Made by a program: the position numbers and the translations under genes | The notes under the pieces: model-generated | The model's database searches: none | The model's input: the letters and a program-made list of their open reading frames with translations, nothing else | Told to the model about the DNA's origin: nothing | In this document: positions 50,126-64,000 of the stretch, piece by piece | How the letters are laid out: each line of letters opens with the position of its first letter | Position numbering within the stretch: the stretch's first letter is position 1 | Assembly (NCBI RefSeq): GCF_018977255.1 | Contig: NW_024704743.1 | Coordinates: 33,792,001 to 33,856,000 of the forward strand | DNA from: Callorhinchus milii | Taxonomy: Eukaryota | Reading direction: 5' to 3' | Length of the DNA stretch: 64,000 nt

Positions 50126-52748
50126 AGTATACACATTTTCCAAGAATCTCACTTCACGAGAACAGTGAGAAAATTATTTCCCAAATCTGACAAAATTCCA
50201 ACAATTATTTAAGTTTTGTTTACTTATGTAATAATTCACTTAGATTTATGAACAAACCATAGCAACAATTATGACCAGAACCTTTCTAAAAGCCAGAACA
50301 CACTTACAAAGATCGATTCAAATTGAGCGATATTAAGTACTATTAAAATAATTCCCTTGTAAGGAGGTTAGGATGAGCATACTGAACAAACAAGTTAAAA
50401 CTAAAAGAAGAAAACTGATTAAGAGAAGGAAAGAACACAAAATTTGCATTTATATAGCAGCCTTCTCATCGGTAGCATCTCAGAGGGCTAATCACAAAAT
50501 GGGGAAGAAAAAAAGCTATGTTTTCCTCAAACAACAGAAACTGTAATGGGAAGAAGGTTGTAAAACAGTGGTAGGAAAAAAATATATACATATTAATTGA
50601 TGAATTTGGAAATTGGAACCGATTTAAACAAGTTCAATTGATCTAACGATGTCTGTAGCTTTACCAATCCATAATCTTCACCATCAACAAAGCAGAACTG
50701 AAAGCAACTTTTTTTGAGAAATTGTAATTTTGCCTTTCCAAATGATTAGATCTGAAAGTTATTAACCAGTAAATCTATCACTGACAATGTAGATCATTAA
50801 GAGTTTTAAATTTAAGAAATCGTGGTTTAACAATGAAAAGTACAATTTAATTTCCAGTTCTATATTCACGCATCAACAAATTCAATTATGTGGCTTCAAA
50901 CAACTACAATACAAAAATGTTACCCCTAGGAAATGCAGCAAAAGATTTCAACAATTGCAACTGCTCGTCATTACTGCTCCGGAAAGCCTTCCTAAAATTG
51001 CTGCAAAAATGTGTTATGCTTTACCACTGAACTGGTTTTACACCATAGGAATAAACTATTTTTTTTGGAAAGAAGTGCAAATTAGTAGTCTGGAAATTCA
51101 TTGCTACCATCTGAGTTTTATTAAAATAGAAATAAATACTAGTTGTCTATTGATAATAAATGGATTAATACAATACAAGGTATGTTTATACAACTTAACT
51201 ACATGTACTTGCAAGCATTCGGGCAAGTGTATGTTTTAGATCACAAAATACTTTTGATATTAGTCATCTTCTGGTCACAACATCAATAAGTTTACATTCT
51301 TTCTGAGTTCATTTAATGTCAAAGGCAAGTATTTATTCTATTAAACAGAAAATAAACCTTGTATCCTGCTTAAGAATACCTCTGAATCAACAAAACTGAA
51401 GTTGGAATATTTCTATGAACCAATCTTTTAATGATTTATAAGAATTTAATTTTAGAATGACAATAAAGAAACATTCAGCACTTTACATTTTGTACAATTC
51501 TTTCAAGAGATTGTTCCTGGACTGGTGCAGGATATGGAACAATAATTCACACAAGCCCACAGTAGTGCCAAGAACTGTTCCAGACTGGATTTAATTACAT
51601 CCATTAAGTGTAAAGGGCCCGTTTACATCGCTACTGTTTTGTAATTAATGTACAGTCCCTAAATTCAATTTTTAAAATACTTAAAATTGCAAAAACTCTA
51701 TAAGCTAAGCTCTTGCTTAACTTAAGAGAAGCGGCATCTTGTAAAACCTAAACTGCATTTTTCTAAACTATGTCCTTTACAAAGTCATAAAGAGCTACTT
51801 TCTAAAGTACTTAGTTTTAAACACATTAGGCAAAATACTTCTACAATTCTTAGATTTGCATGAAATTTGAATTGAAAAGAGTGAAAGTTTTTGATCATTA
51901 TGACAAGTCAGAAATCTGACTCCGAGTGAGTCACTAGTGAAACTTAAGGAACTCTGTACATACAGACAATCCATGATCAATATTGTTCAAATTCCATGCA
52001 GATATGTAATACTGTGCATTTATATTGTATTTTCTCCTAGTTTTAAGTTTGTTTGAAGGCAATGAGTAGCTTAGAAAAAATTCATTCTGTGAAAGAAATA
52101 CACTCAAAATAGATACAGTAGAAGGTATAGCAAATATATTTGTTGTCATTGTAGCCAAATAATCTTTGAAAAACAATTAAATACAATCTAGAATTGAATA
52201 GCCTAAAAGTTCACCTACCATTACAGTTAATTTTGTTTTTTGTCCTGTTTTGTCATCCTATTAGTGATAGAACTGTATGCCTGAATGTTCACAAAAACTT
52301 GCTAGGTTCTTTTTGGGAAAAGCACCCCTTTTGTATACACTTCCTGCAGTAGGCAGGAAGTATCATTTCAGTAATTTCCTTCATTTCTTTAACATTGATG
52401 ATGATTACTGTAGCTGGACATAAAAATAACTCATTCTATAATTAGATAGGTAAACCCAGTAGAGGAAGCATTTGCAAAAATAACATTATTTGTGCTCTTT
52501 TCTAAGGCAGCAAAATGGTGATCATTGCTCCACTTGAGTAAAGGCAGAATTGTTTTCTGCACCAACATGGTTGGCCAGCTGTTAAGAGAAAACTGTCACA
52601 GCAGTAAATCAGTTGTGTATGCACTTATAATTTGAGTTTGCACACACACACCCCAAACATTCATAACCAACTTTAACCTCAGTGGAACCCAAAAACTTTT
52701 TTTTAAGATTTGATAAGCTCATAAAAGTTAAAATACAAAAAAGCTTAC

Positions 52749-52771
52749 CTTTGAAAGCTTCTATTTCTTTC
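52749..52771 (-). CDS. DTNBP1: Dysbindin 23-nt micro-exon, equivalent to human exon 7
   Basis: ttttttttaacag|GAAAGAAATAGAAGCTTTCAAAG|gtaagc encodes (R)KEIEAFK(A); its phases (2 in, 1 out) link the two flanking exons exactly; not in the ORF track. Confidence 0.95.
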
Positions 52772-53434
52772 CTGTTAAAAAAATAAAAAGAACATTACAA
52801 TACAAATTCCAAAACAAATTTATATTTACACAGCGCCTTTCACATTTGAGTAGACATCCCAAAGTGTTTAACATAACTGGCTTGGCTCCTCAGCTGGAGG
52901 TGGGGTGGAGAAAGTTGATCAAAAGCGCAGTAGATCTTGAGGCCGCCCTTGAACAAACTGAGGGAGGGAGGCAGTCGGCGGGACTCTGAGATGGAATTCC
53001 AGAAAATGGGATCAAAAAGACTGAAATCCAGCCTGCTGATCAGGCAGGGGCAGATAAGGCAAGAGACATGAAGCAGGCCAGTGCTTGCAGAGTGAAGAGA
53101 ACGGATGGGTCAGCAGGGTAGAGGAACTAAGTCGCCAAGCTATGTCCCCATTGTAATTACGTTTGTGTACACGTCTTTCATAATTACTGAAAAAAATTAA
53201 TCATCATTAAATAGAAAGACAAACGGTACATTTGATATTGTTTCAATTACCTACAAACCGCATATTCCTTTTATGTTACTTTTCATATTATTTAGGTCAG
53301 GTGGGTGCTTGACACACGCAGAAACCCATCACTACACTTAAGGGATCATTTTATAAAACTAACCAATAACAAAAATAAAACTTGGAAATCCCAAATGAGA
53401 TAAAGTAGGAAAGCATTAAGAAAAAGCATTAAAA

Positions 53435-53850
53435 TAATCCTTGCATTTGACATAGTGCCTTATCACAGCATTGAGAAATCTCAAAACACTTCATAGGATA
53501 TACTGTAAAATGGAGTAACTGTGTACAGTATTTTGTGGGTGACTGTAGCAGCTAGTTTGCACACAGCAATGTCCCTCAAACAGCCATGGAGTGAGTGACC
53601 AATTTTATTTTGTAGATTGATGACCAAGATACCAATAGAAATTTGCTTCTCTTTTCAAACAGGGGCATAGGATCTTTAATGTCCAACAGGACAGGCAGAC
53701 AGGACCTTGATTTAACAGCTCATCCAACGGACTGCAACTCCGACAATGTAGCTCACCCCAGTACTGCACTTGAGTGTCAGAATAGGCTATTTGAGTTCCA
53801 AGTCCCAACGTGGGGCTTGAACCCACAACCTTCTGATTTAGAGGCTGATA
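53435..53850 (-). mobile_element. Older DeuSINE/SacSINE-like SINE
   Basis: Reverse complement of the shared core and tail. Confidence 0.75.
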
Positions 53851-54959
53851 CAAAATTATATTGTTGTGATGGAAAAATACAAACAATACTGCATGATTAA
53901 ATTGGTGTTCATTGTTTTTACAACTCAGACAGTATATTTTTCTTGCATCGAGCAGCTGTATTAAAACACTCCCAACCCAGGTAGAGCATAATCAACACAA
54001 AACCTCCATATACTATGCTTCAATAAAGCTCATCTTCTGAAGGCAGCCCTCAATATATGATTTTATTCATCAGAACAGCTGTCCCAGTAACCTCTGAATG
54101 ACATTGCCAATTCAAAGCCAACTGTGCAGTTGTTGGTAGTTCTGTGTTCCATGACCTTGCCCACAAGACATAAATTGACTCAGAAAGCAGATTTACTAAG
54201 ATTTACTTTTTTTATAAGTAAAGAAAAACCTGTGAAACAAAACACATTTTCATCTTATCAATTAAGTTGGATTCAAATCTAATCATATGTTTTGCAATAA
54301 AAACAAAATGTACTTTACAAATCAACCATTCACTTGGCAAGATAAAAGATCTTCATGGCACTTTCATCCTTACTGTTAAATTGAAGTCATGCAATCTAAT
54401 AAATTAGATTAGGAAACCATTTTTGATTCTCTCAAGGAAGCCAACAAATTTCCATTAGAATGCACCAAATTTCAAGACAAAACTGAACTGTTCTTTCATT
54501 GTTTTATTTTTCAATAATTTTACAATTGTAATATGGATTTGCAAGGTCAACTTTTTCCACAACTAGTCTGGTCCTTATGAGGATAACAAAATCTCTATCT
54601 GCTCCACGAATCAGAGTAGGACCACGGTCTACCTAATTCATTTTCTGCAAATTAGTGGCATCCATCAACCTATTGTCACAAGACCTATTTGCGAAAAGCA
54701 CAATACCAAATGTATGGATTATTATATCCTTTACAAAAAAGATTTTAAAATAAAAAACATCTAGTGGTTTAGAAGTAGAGGTAGAAATACAGAAGAAAAT
54801 TAATTCTTTACAAGCTTACAAAGGGGGGGACGTGTAAATAAAAGCTAAAACAACTGTTATAATTTTTAGATGCACTTCTGCATGAGAAGATTTTGGATTT
54901 TATCACAGCGTACAAAACAGATTTAATTGAGAAGAATCAGCATGACTTCCAATCCCAAA

Positions 54960-55292
54960 ACAACAAACTATATTTATATAGCACCTTTCATGTCAAGAAG
55001 ACACCCAAGGTGCTGGACAGTGAAGTGTTTGTACTCGAGTTGGGGAATCAAGGGGTATGACCGAAGACATGGTCAAAGAGGAAGGTCTTGAGAAGGGCCT
55101 TGGAGAAGGCAAAAGAGGAGTGAGTCAAAGGGACTGTGATGGAGTTCCATAGGGTGGGTTGGAAAGGCTGAAGGCCTGACCACCTATAGACATGTAGCAG
55201 GCCAGTGTCCGCCAAGCAGAGGAAGCGGGCAAGTTGGTAAGGTTTTAGCAGGTCGCAGAGGTAGGGTGAGGCAATACTGTGGAAGGCTTTGA
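54960..55292 (-). mobile_element. L2 LINE 3' fragment
   Basis: Reverse complement of L2 3' end. Confidence 0.75.
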
Positions 55293-55984
55293 ATCCAACG
55301 ATTGATGAAACTGCAAATGCATCATCCTTGAGTTCCCATTATGAATCGAAGTGGCTATGCTCATAGCTTAATAGAGTTCATTTTATACCAAGAGCCCAAA
55401 GCGCAATCCAATCTTCCATTACATACAGTGGGAAATAGTTCTTCAAATTCAGAACCATTCAGCATATTACAATGTGAACTTAAGGTTAGAAAAACATCCA
55501 TTCCTCAAAAGCAATGCAATAGGATAAGCCTTCAGCCCAGTAATTTTGAGTGTAATTGTTCCGATTAAAATGTCATCTGTATGTTTGAAATTCATCATGT
55601 AATAGGAGTAAAGGATCCCAATCAAATGGGTGCTTATTTTTTAATGAAAGTTTCATATTCATGGAGCAAGAAAGATTCATAACCTGCACAAAAATGTTTT
55701 GGGGTTTCTTCTCCAATACGTCTTAAGCTTTATCTGTATTGATTACTACAAAATTCAATATACAATATCTATAGAGCAAATTATCATGGCGGTTTTAGGT
55801 GGAATAGACTTTATGCATCTAAAATGAAGCCCAATTTTTTTTGGGGGGTGAGGGTGAGGGAGGGAATGAAGAACAAAATCCACTGGATTTGTTCCATGAA
55901 TCAAACTAATTCAGTCATTCTGAGACATAGGCACTAATGACAATTTTAAAAATTGTAGTTTTGACACACACAAACTGTAGGTTC

Positions 55985-56380
55985 ATTACAGTAAATCGTA
56001 TCAGTTGGGACCATAACATTTACTTTGACTTATGCAAAGTCCAAGTTGCAAGCGAACTGTACAAGTTGAAGAAAATCCAATTTAGTCAATAATCTACCCA
56101 GCATATTCGTAATTTAATGCAGTTAGTAAGTGTGCACGCGGTAATTCATCACTCTAGTTGGTAAGGGCACATGCAATGACAGGTTAAGACTACAGTTCCC
56201 TCAATTCGATGCATCTCGAGACATTGGAATTGCAGGAAATGAAGCACTTCCATGCATGGTTTGATGGATCAAGACTACATTTTCCATGATTCAATGCAGC
56301 CAGCAGGTAAATGTGCATGCGGGTTAGAACGTCATTTCCCGTGATTCAAGGCAGCTGGTAAGTGCAGGAGTAATAGTAGG
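55985..56380 (+). repeat. Unclassified interspersed repeat, copy 2
   Basis: Homologous to 32045-32440; internal subrepeats ttcc(c)atgattcaatgcagc. Confidence 0.75.
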
Positions 56381-57006
56381 GGAGCGAATTAAGAGATGAT
56401 AAATATGAGTAGTAAGACTAGCAAAGAAATCTAAGTGGTTTTGATAGGAAATTGAATGGGACTCGGGTGAATGTACAACCTAGGCAATAATATGATTTAT
56501 AAAGATAAAACTTATGCAAGTTTTACTGTATTATGCTGATATGGGGGAAAAAACTGAAGACCAACCCAGCAGAGGAATAATGTACAATGGGAAAGTACAA
56601 TTGATACAAAAATCTAAATAGAGACAGTCCCTTTGGTTTATCCCATCTCCTGGGTGTGTCAACAACCACAACAAATTGTAGTTATGTAGCACTTTTCACA
56701 TTGGGAGGACGTCCAAAAGTGCAGGACAGTCAAGGGTTTGCACTCGAGCTGTGGGCCGGAGGGCAAGGGGGTGATGGTGGTGTTTAGCCACATTGCTAAA
56801 CAGAAACCTCAACACACTGAAAGTAGTTGTTAGAACAAAACTGGGAAGGAACCAACATAATTATAGAGTATAGCAAGCTGTAATTACCTCACTCCAAATC
56901 TTAAAGTGAACATGTTCTTGCAATTTTTCGTTGGGGAAACAAAATTCACTAGCAAGCAAATAATAACCGAACGTAATAAATATGGTGTGCTTTTGTTGAC
57001 AATTAC

Positions 57007-57139
57007 CTTTTTTGTTTCTTGTAGTTTTCCAGCTGAAGGATCTGTTCTTGTTTATAGCGCTCAAATTCGCACTGTTCACATATATCCTCCAAGTACAGTA
57101 AGTGACTCTCCAACTCCTCAAAGTCAGCTTCCAATTGAG
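57007..57139 (-). CDS. DTNBP1: Dysbindin (dystrobrevin-binding protein 1) coding exon, equivalent to human exon 6 (133 nt)
   Basis: Translates (x)[43 protein letters not shown](R), the dysbindin coiled-coil region; acceptor ttttcttgcag|CT and donor AG|gtaatt; splices in frame to the 23-nt exon. Confidence 0.95.
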
Positions 57140-57534
57140 CTGCAAGAAAAGGAAAGCTTTCAAATGTCATTGTTAGCAATTTTGTTGCTGAATAATTTAT
57201 TACATCTTTGAACCTAAGATACTTCAATGTTTTGCTGAAATTCAAGATGTCATGTTATAATTTATAGCACAGATATTTAGATCAAGTCACAAATCTACCT
57301 GAAATGAAGAATGACATCACTGTTCTTATATACCAAACTGAAGCAGCACAACTGCTTTCACTTTAGTAAGTTCCAGAAAATTACACGATCACAAGATTGG
57401 TCTGGATGAAGAAGTCCCCTCAATCCATCCAATCTCGCCCAGGATCATCTCAGGAGGAACTGTGATAAACATCAAGCATGGTAGAAATCTTGGTAAAGAA
57501 AAGTGAATGTTTTGGGTGCCTAAGCTGCGATCAG

Positions 57535-57955
57535 CCAGGCTCAGTTGGTAGCACTCTCGCCTCTGAGCCAGACGGTTGTGGGTTCAGACCCTACATTGGG
57601 ACTTGAACTCATAATGTAAACTGTCACTCCAATAGTGTTATGGGTGTGTTGCATTGTCGGAGATGCCGCCCTTCGGATGAAACATTACACCCAGGTCCTG
57701 TCTGCCTGTTCAGGTAGTCATTAGGGTTCCCACAGCACTACTAGAAAAGAAAATGGGAGTTTCATTCAGTGTCCTGGTCAACAGTCCTCCAAATAAAATT
57801 GGTCATCTATTTCATGTTTATGCGTTGCTGTACGCAATTGGACTGCCACATTTGCCTACAACCATAGTCACTCAACTTCACAGTAAATTCTGTGAAGCAC
57901 TTTGGAATGCCCTCCTGAGATGAAAGGCGCAATACCAAATGCAAGGATTATTACG
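57535..57955 (+). mobile_element. DeuSINE/SacSINE-like SINE, near full length
   Basis: tRNA-like head ggctcagttggtagcactctcgcctctgagccagacggttgtgggttc, conserved core ttgcattgtcggagatgccgcccttcggatga, L2-type tail. Confidence 0.8.
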
Positions 57956-58534
57956 ATTACCCCTTCAGAACATCCATCCTTCCATTCCCCTCCATTACTG
58001 CATCAAGCTGCTTTTTTTCCCCAACATTCTGACCTGTACAACAAAATTACACTTGTATAGCGCCTTTCACGTTGGGAGGATGTCTCAAGACGCTTGACGG
58101 TCAGTGTTTCTACCACCTTTCCTGCCAAAATGTAAAACTTCCTCCAACCTGGAACCATCCAAAATCAGAAAATTCAGTCAGGCCAAGGATCCAATAATAT
58201 CAGTTTGATTTCTCCTTTAAGTTTTAAATAGCCTCTGTGTCATGACTTATTAGAATAGTATTGTAGCACTTTTCAAAGCCCATAGGTATTGGGTCTTATA
58301 TTAGTAAAAAGAAATCTGCACATTTAACAGCATTACTAATGCTCCATCGATTGCGTGACTTTTTTTGCTACTGTCAGATCCTTCTAATTAGACCAGTCAA
58401 GAGACTCAGCATTAGAGGTTATAGCAATTTATTAAAGATTTCAAATTCACTTTGCATTACTTATTCCCTGCTGTCAAAAATGGTTTCTCCATAGTAACTG
58501 AAATGGTCAGATTCTTGTATTCAAGTTCCTGCAC

Positions 58535-58882
58535 TCCTCTGCAACCCCCTACCTCTCTGACATCCTCTCTCCTCAAAACAGTACCCATTGCCTTCGTTCC
58601 TCCGGGTCTGGCCTCCTCCTCGTCCCCCGAGTCCTCCATTCCACCCTCGGTGGCCGTGCCTTCAGCTACTACGCCCCGAGGCTCTGGAACGCCCTTCCTC
58701 ACTCCCTTCGCCTCGCTCCTCCCTTCCCATTTTCAGGTCTCTGCTGACGACCTTTCTTTTCAACCGCCCCTTTGGTCACCTTCCTCCCCCTCCCCCTGGC
58801 TCAGTCCTGGGATCCGTTACTGTAAAGCGTTCTGAGACGCCGTCCGACGTGGAGGGCGCTATATAAGTCCAAGTTGTTGTTG
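58535..58882 (+). mobile_element. L2 LINE 3' end, second family
   Basis: L2-like 3' coding remnant; tail aagcgttctgagacgccgtccgacgtggagggcgctatataagtccaagttgttgtt, also seen at ~133-186 and ~11535-11592. Confidence 0.8.
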
Positions 58883-61379
58883 CAGTAATTTATGAAAGGA
58901 AACAAACTCGTTATTCAATGCAGCACACTTTATATAACGTGAAAGAAAATTCCTATTAACCGGCTGAATTAGTTTGAAAAATAATCATCAAATGTAATCA
59001 TAACAAAAGTACGTTCAGATTATTCAATCTCATAAATTTTCACATTCGGTAATCCAAGTCTCAAATGTATGCAAATTATCATTGATTAAGGCATCACTGT
59101 CATTTGTTGCATTTGTCTTTGATCTCATTTCTTCAGCCCTTTATATTGGATATCACGTAGCTTTTCTACAACCAATCATATCTCTGCATTCTTTACACGA
59201 ACAGCTACCATTGCTGGCAGGACCATAATTTAACAGTATTTGGACATGTCCAGCTGTTCTGCTGCTAGTAGATGCATAACTCACTTACAATATATACTAC
59301 ATGGATCCCACAGCACCCAGAACCTTGCACAATGATCAACGGCTTAAAGTGCAGGAAGCAGCAACCAGCAATAAACGAGCGCTGGAAGAGCAGAGTGCAG
59401 GCTGAAATATAAGGCTGGAGAAGAATGCATAGGTATGACAGGAGTATAAAGTTTGAGAAGGCCATGAAGGAATTTGAAGATCAAGACAATGATCTTAAGA
59501 TCGCTTTTTTGAGTGACTGGGAGCTAAATCAAACACTCAATTAAAATATGAATGTTGGATCTTTTGAATTTCTTCTCTAAGCACGATCAAATGATGGGCA
59601 CTAATGTATTGAGATAAAAACAACTTATATTTAGTTAATCATATACAACTGAACCCAAATCCTAAAAATCAAGTAAATCAAATAATTCAGTCATACATTG
59701 GTACTGACATGAGGCACACACTTGCAGTTCATTAATCTATCATGTATTTTGAGGCATATCTGCTGTAGAGTGGAAACTTGTTACTAAAAGCAGAAATACA
59801 CCACTATCAATAGACAGGCTGATTTTGCCCTCATTAATGAGTGAGGAAATTTGATTACAGTCAGTTTAAAATTGAAACAAAAATACTGAGAAAGTGGCCT
59901 GAATACTGTAGTGTATTGCCATCATTACTGTGGGTCCGTCCACAAGGTGAGGCTCTACTGTAAGCAAGTTGAAACAGAATTACAATTTGGGATATAAAGA
60001 GTAAATAGCTGGATATGATTACAGCAGTGATTCAAAGCTCTTAACTACTTAAACTGCTTTAAGGCTATTTTATTAGGATCAATTGAATAACTGCCTTGTA
60101 ACACACCACTTGTGTAGCACATGTCATAAATAATACAGTAAACCGCCACATATCTCATACCAATTATTTGTATGTAAAATTATCCTTTTTTGTCAGTAGT
60201 AAGAAGGCATTTATTTAGCACTGTACAGTTTTAGGCTAGTCAGGAGAAAGAAAGAGAGAGAGGGATAGAAGAGAGAAAAACCTAGACTTAGAGAAAGAAA
60301 ATGAGAAAGTTGGAGAGGCAGAAAAAGAGAGGGGCTGGCACAGCATGTTAGTATTTTAACTCCTAATGGAAAAAGTTTGTGGGTGGAACCATAGACAATT
60401 TGCATGTTGTGTAATGACCACTTATTCAAAATGTTTGCTTATTCACAATGGCCTGGTCCCGATTAGTGCAGATAATTGGCTTTCCACTGTTACTTGGCCA
60501 TAGCAACATTTAGATACGTGAATGCTGTGTTCTATTCAGCCCTCCTTGTCAATGTTAAAACGAATAATCATTCAAAATAAATAAGATGCCCTAAATGTGT
60601 ATGTTTTGCCAACAATAACCTTGACACTATCATTTCTAAAACAGTGCATTACACACCATCTAACAAGCTATATAAAAGCTATACTTTTATATAAAATACA
60701 TGCAGGTACATGTAAGTACATTCCAGAAAGAGGAAATTTTGTAAATCTTTCAATAGAAATAAATTATGGTAAATTCAAAATTACATTTCACTTATGTGCA
60801 ATGAACCAAGACCCCCTTTGTATTAAGTGCAACATTCAAATCGAATCAAAAAAATATGTCATCTATTGTAACATAGAATGACATCTATCAGTTAGCAGCT
60901 CAGCAAACATACAGGCATCTTTTGACCACAACTAACCACAACATGACATCTTGGTTAACAGAATGTTGAATTCCTTGTCATTTGGTTTGTTTAAATAAAA
61001 TCCAAACTGGTAACAAAACCAGTCAGATTCAATCAAACCCTGAATCAAAATAGAAAAATTCTCTTCCAGAGATATTGCATGCTATACAATACTAATTGGT
61101 GGAAGTTGTTTAAGCCTTCCACAGGTATTACCTCTTGCTGTAGTACACCACTGTTAACAAATCTAAATTAATTTCTCCAACCCTGATATTTTTAGAGTCA
61201 AATGCCAACTTCCTCTTTTAAGGATGGTCTTTTTTTTAAATAATATTTTCCACCTTTACTATTTTTCTAGCACCTGAGTGCTTAACATCTGAAAATATAG
61301 CTACTCACCACTTAGTGACTCATCTTCCTAGACCAGCTGAATGAGTTTGAGACTGTTGATTTAATTCACCAAATGCACT

Positions 61380-61575
61380 GCATGTGCCCGCGCCCGAGCG
61401 TGTGCCTGTGCCCGAGCGGGTGCCATGCCCCTGACCGTGTGCCTGCGCCCCTGAGCGTGTGCCTGTGCCCCTGAGCGTGTGCCTGCGTGTGTGCCATTCT
61501 TTGTGTCTGTGAGTTTGTGTCTGTGAGTGTGTGTTTCTCGTTCTGCGGGTGTGTGTCAGTCTCTCTGTCTGTGCG
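61380..61575. repeat. GC-rich minisatellite grading into TG-rich low complexity
   Basis: ~18-20 bp units gtgcctgtgcccctgagcgt repeated about five times. Confidence 0.85.
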
Positions 61576-61644
61576 GTGACAGGTTCCGAATGGCAGGAGG
61601 TAGTGATCTTCTGGAGCCCCTCAGTCAGGACTAATTCCCTCCCT

Positions 61645-62062
61645 TGTCCGGACAAAGCACTGGACAGTCAGGGATTTGGACCCAAGCAGGTGGTTGGAAT
61701 CAGGAGGGCTGAAGGGCAGGGAGAAGGGTGGCCAAAGGTGCGGTCGAAAAGGAGGGTTTTGAGACATGCCTTGAAGGAGGCAATGGAGGGAGCAAGGTGA
61801 AGGGACTGTGGGATGGAGTTCCAAGGGGTGGGGGCAGTGCGGCTGACGGTCTGCCCGCCGATGTTGGGAAGGGCCGGGCATGAGGAGCAGGCCGGACGGA
61901 ACTTGCTGAGGGGGGGGAGTAGACAGGTTGATACGGCATTATCAGGTCACAGAGGTAGGAAGGAGCAAAGCCATGAAGGGCTTTGAAGATGAGGATGAGG
62001 ATTTTGAACTCTATCCTCTGGGGGATTGGGAGCCAGTAGAGCTGAGCGAGGATAGGGTTGTC
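61645..62062 (-). mobile_element. L2 LINE 3' portion
   Basis: Reverse complement homologous to 44420-44810. Confidence 0.85.
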
Positions 62063-64000
62063 ACTTCAAAATCTTCTTTGCCTTGCAGCCTACCTCACTT
62101 CCAGCTTTCCTGCTTCATCTCGCAGTTCAGCCAAAACTCAGCATAAACTTACAGCTGGCACTTGAATTAATACTCTTTAACAGAGTCCTGTGCTTAATCA
62201 AAGGTGGTACTGGATAGCACTCCATAGCCTTCATTTTCATTTTTCATTTTTTTTAAAAAATGACAAATTAACTCCCTGGCTAGCTGTCAGAATTTATTTA
62301 AACAAGTAGCTCCTCTTAATTTTTTCAGACTTTCTGTTTCAGTGAAATTAGATTCCAAAACCCAAAAGCTATAAACACATTATTTGCAAGATCCAAAACA
62401 AATCAATACTGATTTTGTAAGAGAAAATGACGGGAATAAATTATTCATAACATCATTTTGAGGACTTCATTTAAGCTTCCAGCCTTGGTGTTGCACTCCA
62501 ATTATTCTAGTGCTCCTGGTCAGTCTTTCAATGCACGAGTGCAGAACTCCTGCTGTCAAGTCTAGTTTATTGTAAATGGACTACCACCTCACAAACAATA
62601 ACTTATTTTACTAGCTGTCACTTTTAATGCACATCCTATATACGCAAATAAAATCAAACTATAACCACCAAGTATTGCAACTGAATTGACTCTCCAGATC
62701 TAGGCATACCTAGTATTTATTTTGAATAATAGCAAGGACAATGTTTTAAAATTAGAAATATAGGGCACACAAAATTGCACACATGAAATCTCTCATTTAA
62801 TCTACAGCTGAGGCACATCAACCATTGAATGAGAAAATGAAGTTTAAACTATCATCGCCTTTCTCCCGATTTTAATATTCTCCATTCCAGTTGGCCTCCG
62901 AGTTTATTAAACATTGCGATGGCATTTATCTCAACAAACCTCTATTAGGAGACATGGAATGTTACTGTTCATATAGGTTGTTCTGCATTAGTGCAGTACA
63001 GAAACAAGTATATAGAACTTGCATTAAAAAGTATGAAAACAATGCTTCCATCAACAGTAATCAATGAAACTTTGTTTTACACTACCCATCAGCATCTCAG
63101 TCTTAGTCAATTATCTTAAAATTGTGCAAATTTTGCAAAATTCCTCAAGTTCAGTCTCAATCTGGAAGCCTTTGCTGCAGTTCTTCCACACAATTCAAAT
63201 TTTAAAGCAGTGGCATTTGACACAGGAATTTAGGGCCTCCTGAGCCAAAATATGCTTTATTTTCAAAATGTTACCATTTGTAAACCCTGGGCATTTTGCC
63301 CACAAACTATAGTCAATTCATTTTACAGAATATTTTAGGGTATTGATAGCAAAAAACATGCATTTACTAATAATGCCTGTCTAGATCAGCAAGAAATCAG
63401 TTTGCTCCGAATACCCTTTGCATTATGAAGTAAGAGGATTACTTTGACAGGCTGACCAGAGTTTCTGAAATAAAACTATAGCTGCAACAAATTGATTATT
63501 AAACCACTGAATTCATTCATGTGTTGGCTGTGGTCCTTATCAGACTCTACAGGCTTCTAAAACTCCAGATTGTCAGCGTCTAAAACTATTCCCTTATTTC
63601 TTGCTTTTTCGTTTAACCTTTTCAATCTGAGCAGTATACCTCACCTTGGATCTCAACCTAGGTTTCTGAAAATGTGGTCAGGAATTATTTTTTAATGGAA
63701 TTTTAGTTTATACCAGTTTGTAAAAGACAGTGAAGCATTCTGCTCAAGATCTGTGGTAATCAGCTCTTATTTTTAGATAGAATTGCTATATGGTTTTACA
63801 CCACAAAACCAAAGAAATTTATAGCATGTTCTAGTCTCCTGCCCAAACCCACCCATAACCATTTATACTTCTCCTGTTCAGATATTTATCCAACTCTGTC
63901 TCAAAAAAGAATCATAATATTTCACCCTTATATTTTGGCATTCATCTGCAAATTATGCAATAGCTCCTTTGTATATTATTGCATATAGTTCAATGAAAAT

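Noticed and set aside
61380..61490. Regularly spaced repeats as a CRISPR-like array
   Set aside because: Tandem minisatellite without unique spacers, in vertebrate DNA with no cas genes

Overview
Eukaryotic (vertebrate) genomic DNA, most likely a cartilaginous fish judging by its repeat content (DeuSINE/SacSINE-like and tRNA-Ala SINEs, L2 and CR1 LINEs, Penelope elements); the organism call is inference. The whole window lies inside the minus-strand dysbindin gene DTNBP1. Three coding exons splice in frame: 57139-57007 (133 nt), 52771-52749 (23 nt) and 5697-5542 (156 nt, apparently with a GC donor). Their sizes match human exons 6-8 as I recall them; the other exons lie outside the window. 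The ~47 kb intron between the 23-nt and 156-nt exons is rich in decayed L2/CR1 fragments, SINEs and hAT MITEs. Almost all ORFs in the supplied track are repeat-derived or spurious. Main observations: (1) a candidate hidden exon at 39589-39714 that splices in phase to the 156-nt exon, either as an alternative first exon giving a short DBNDD-like protein (MSAPGSTESSKRNS-SELDGEH...) or as a 126-nt cassette; (2) three Penelope-derived inserts with minimal hammerhead ribozyme motifs, each bracketed by TSD-like direct repeats; (3) a young SINE subfamily whose tail matches the local young L2 3' end and which forms a close inverted pair. I found no evidence of a prokaryote-type novel system.
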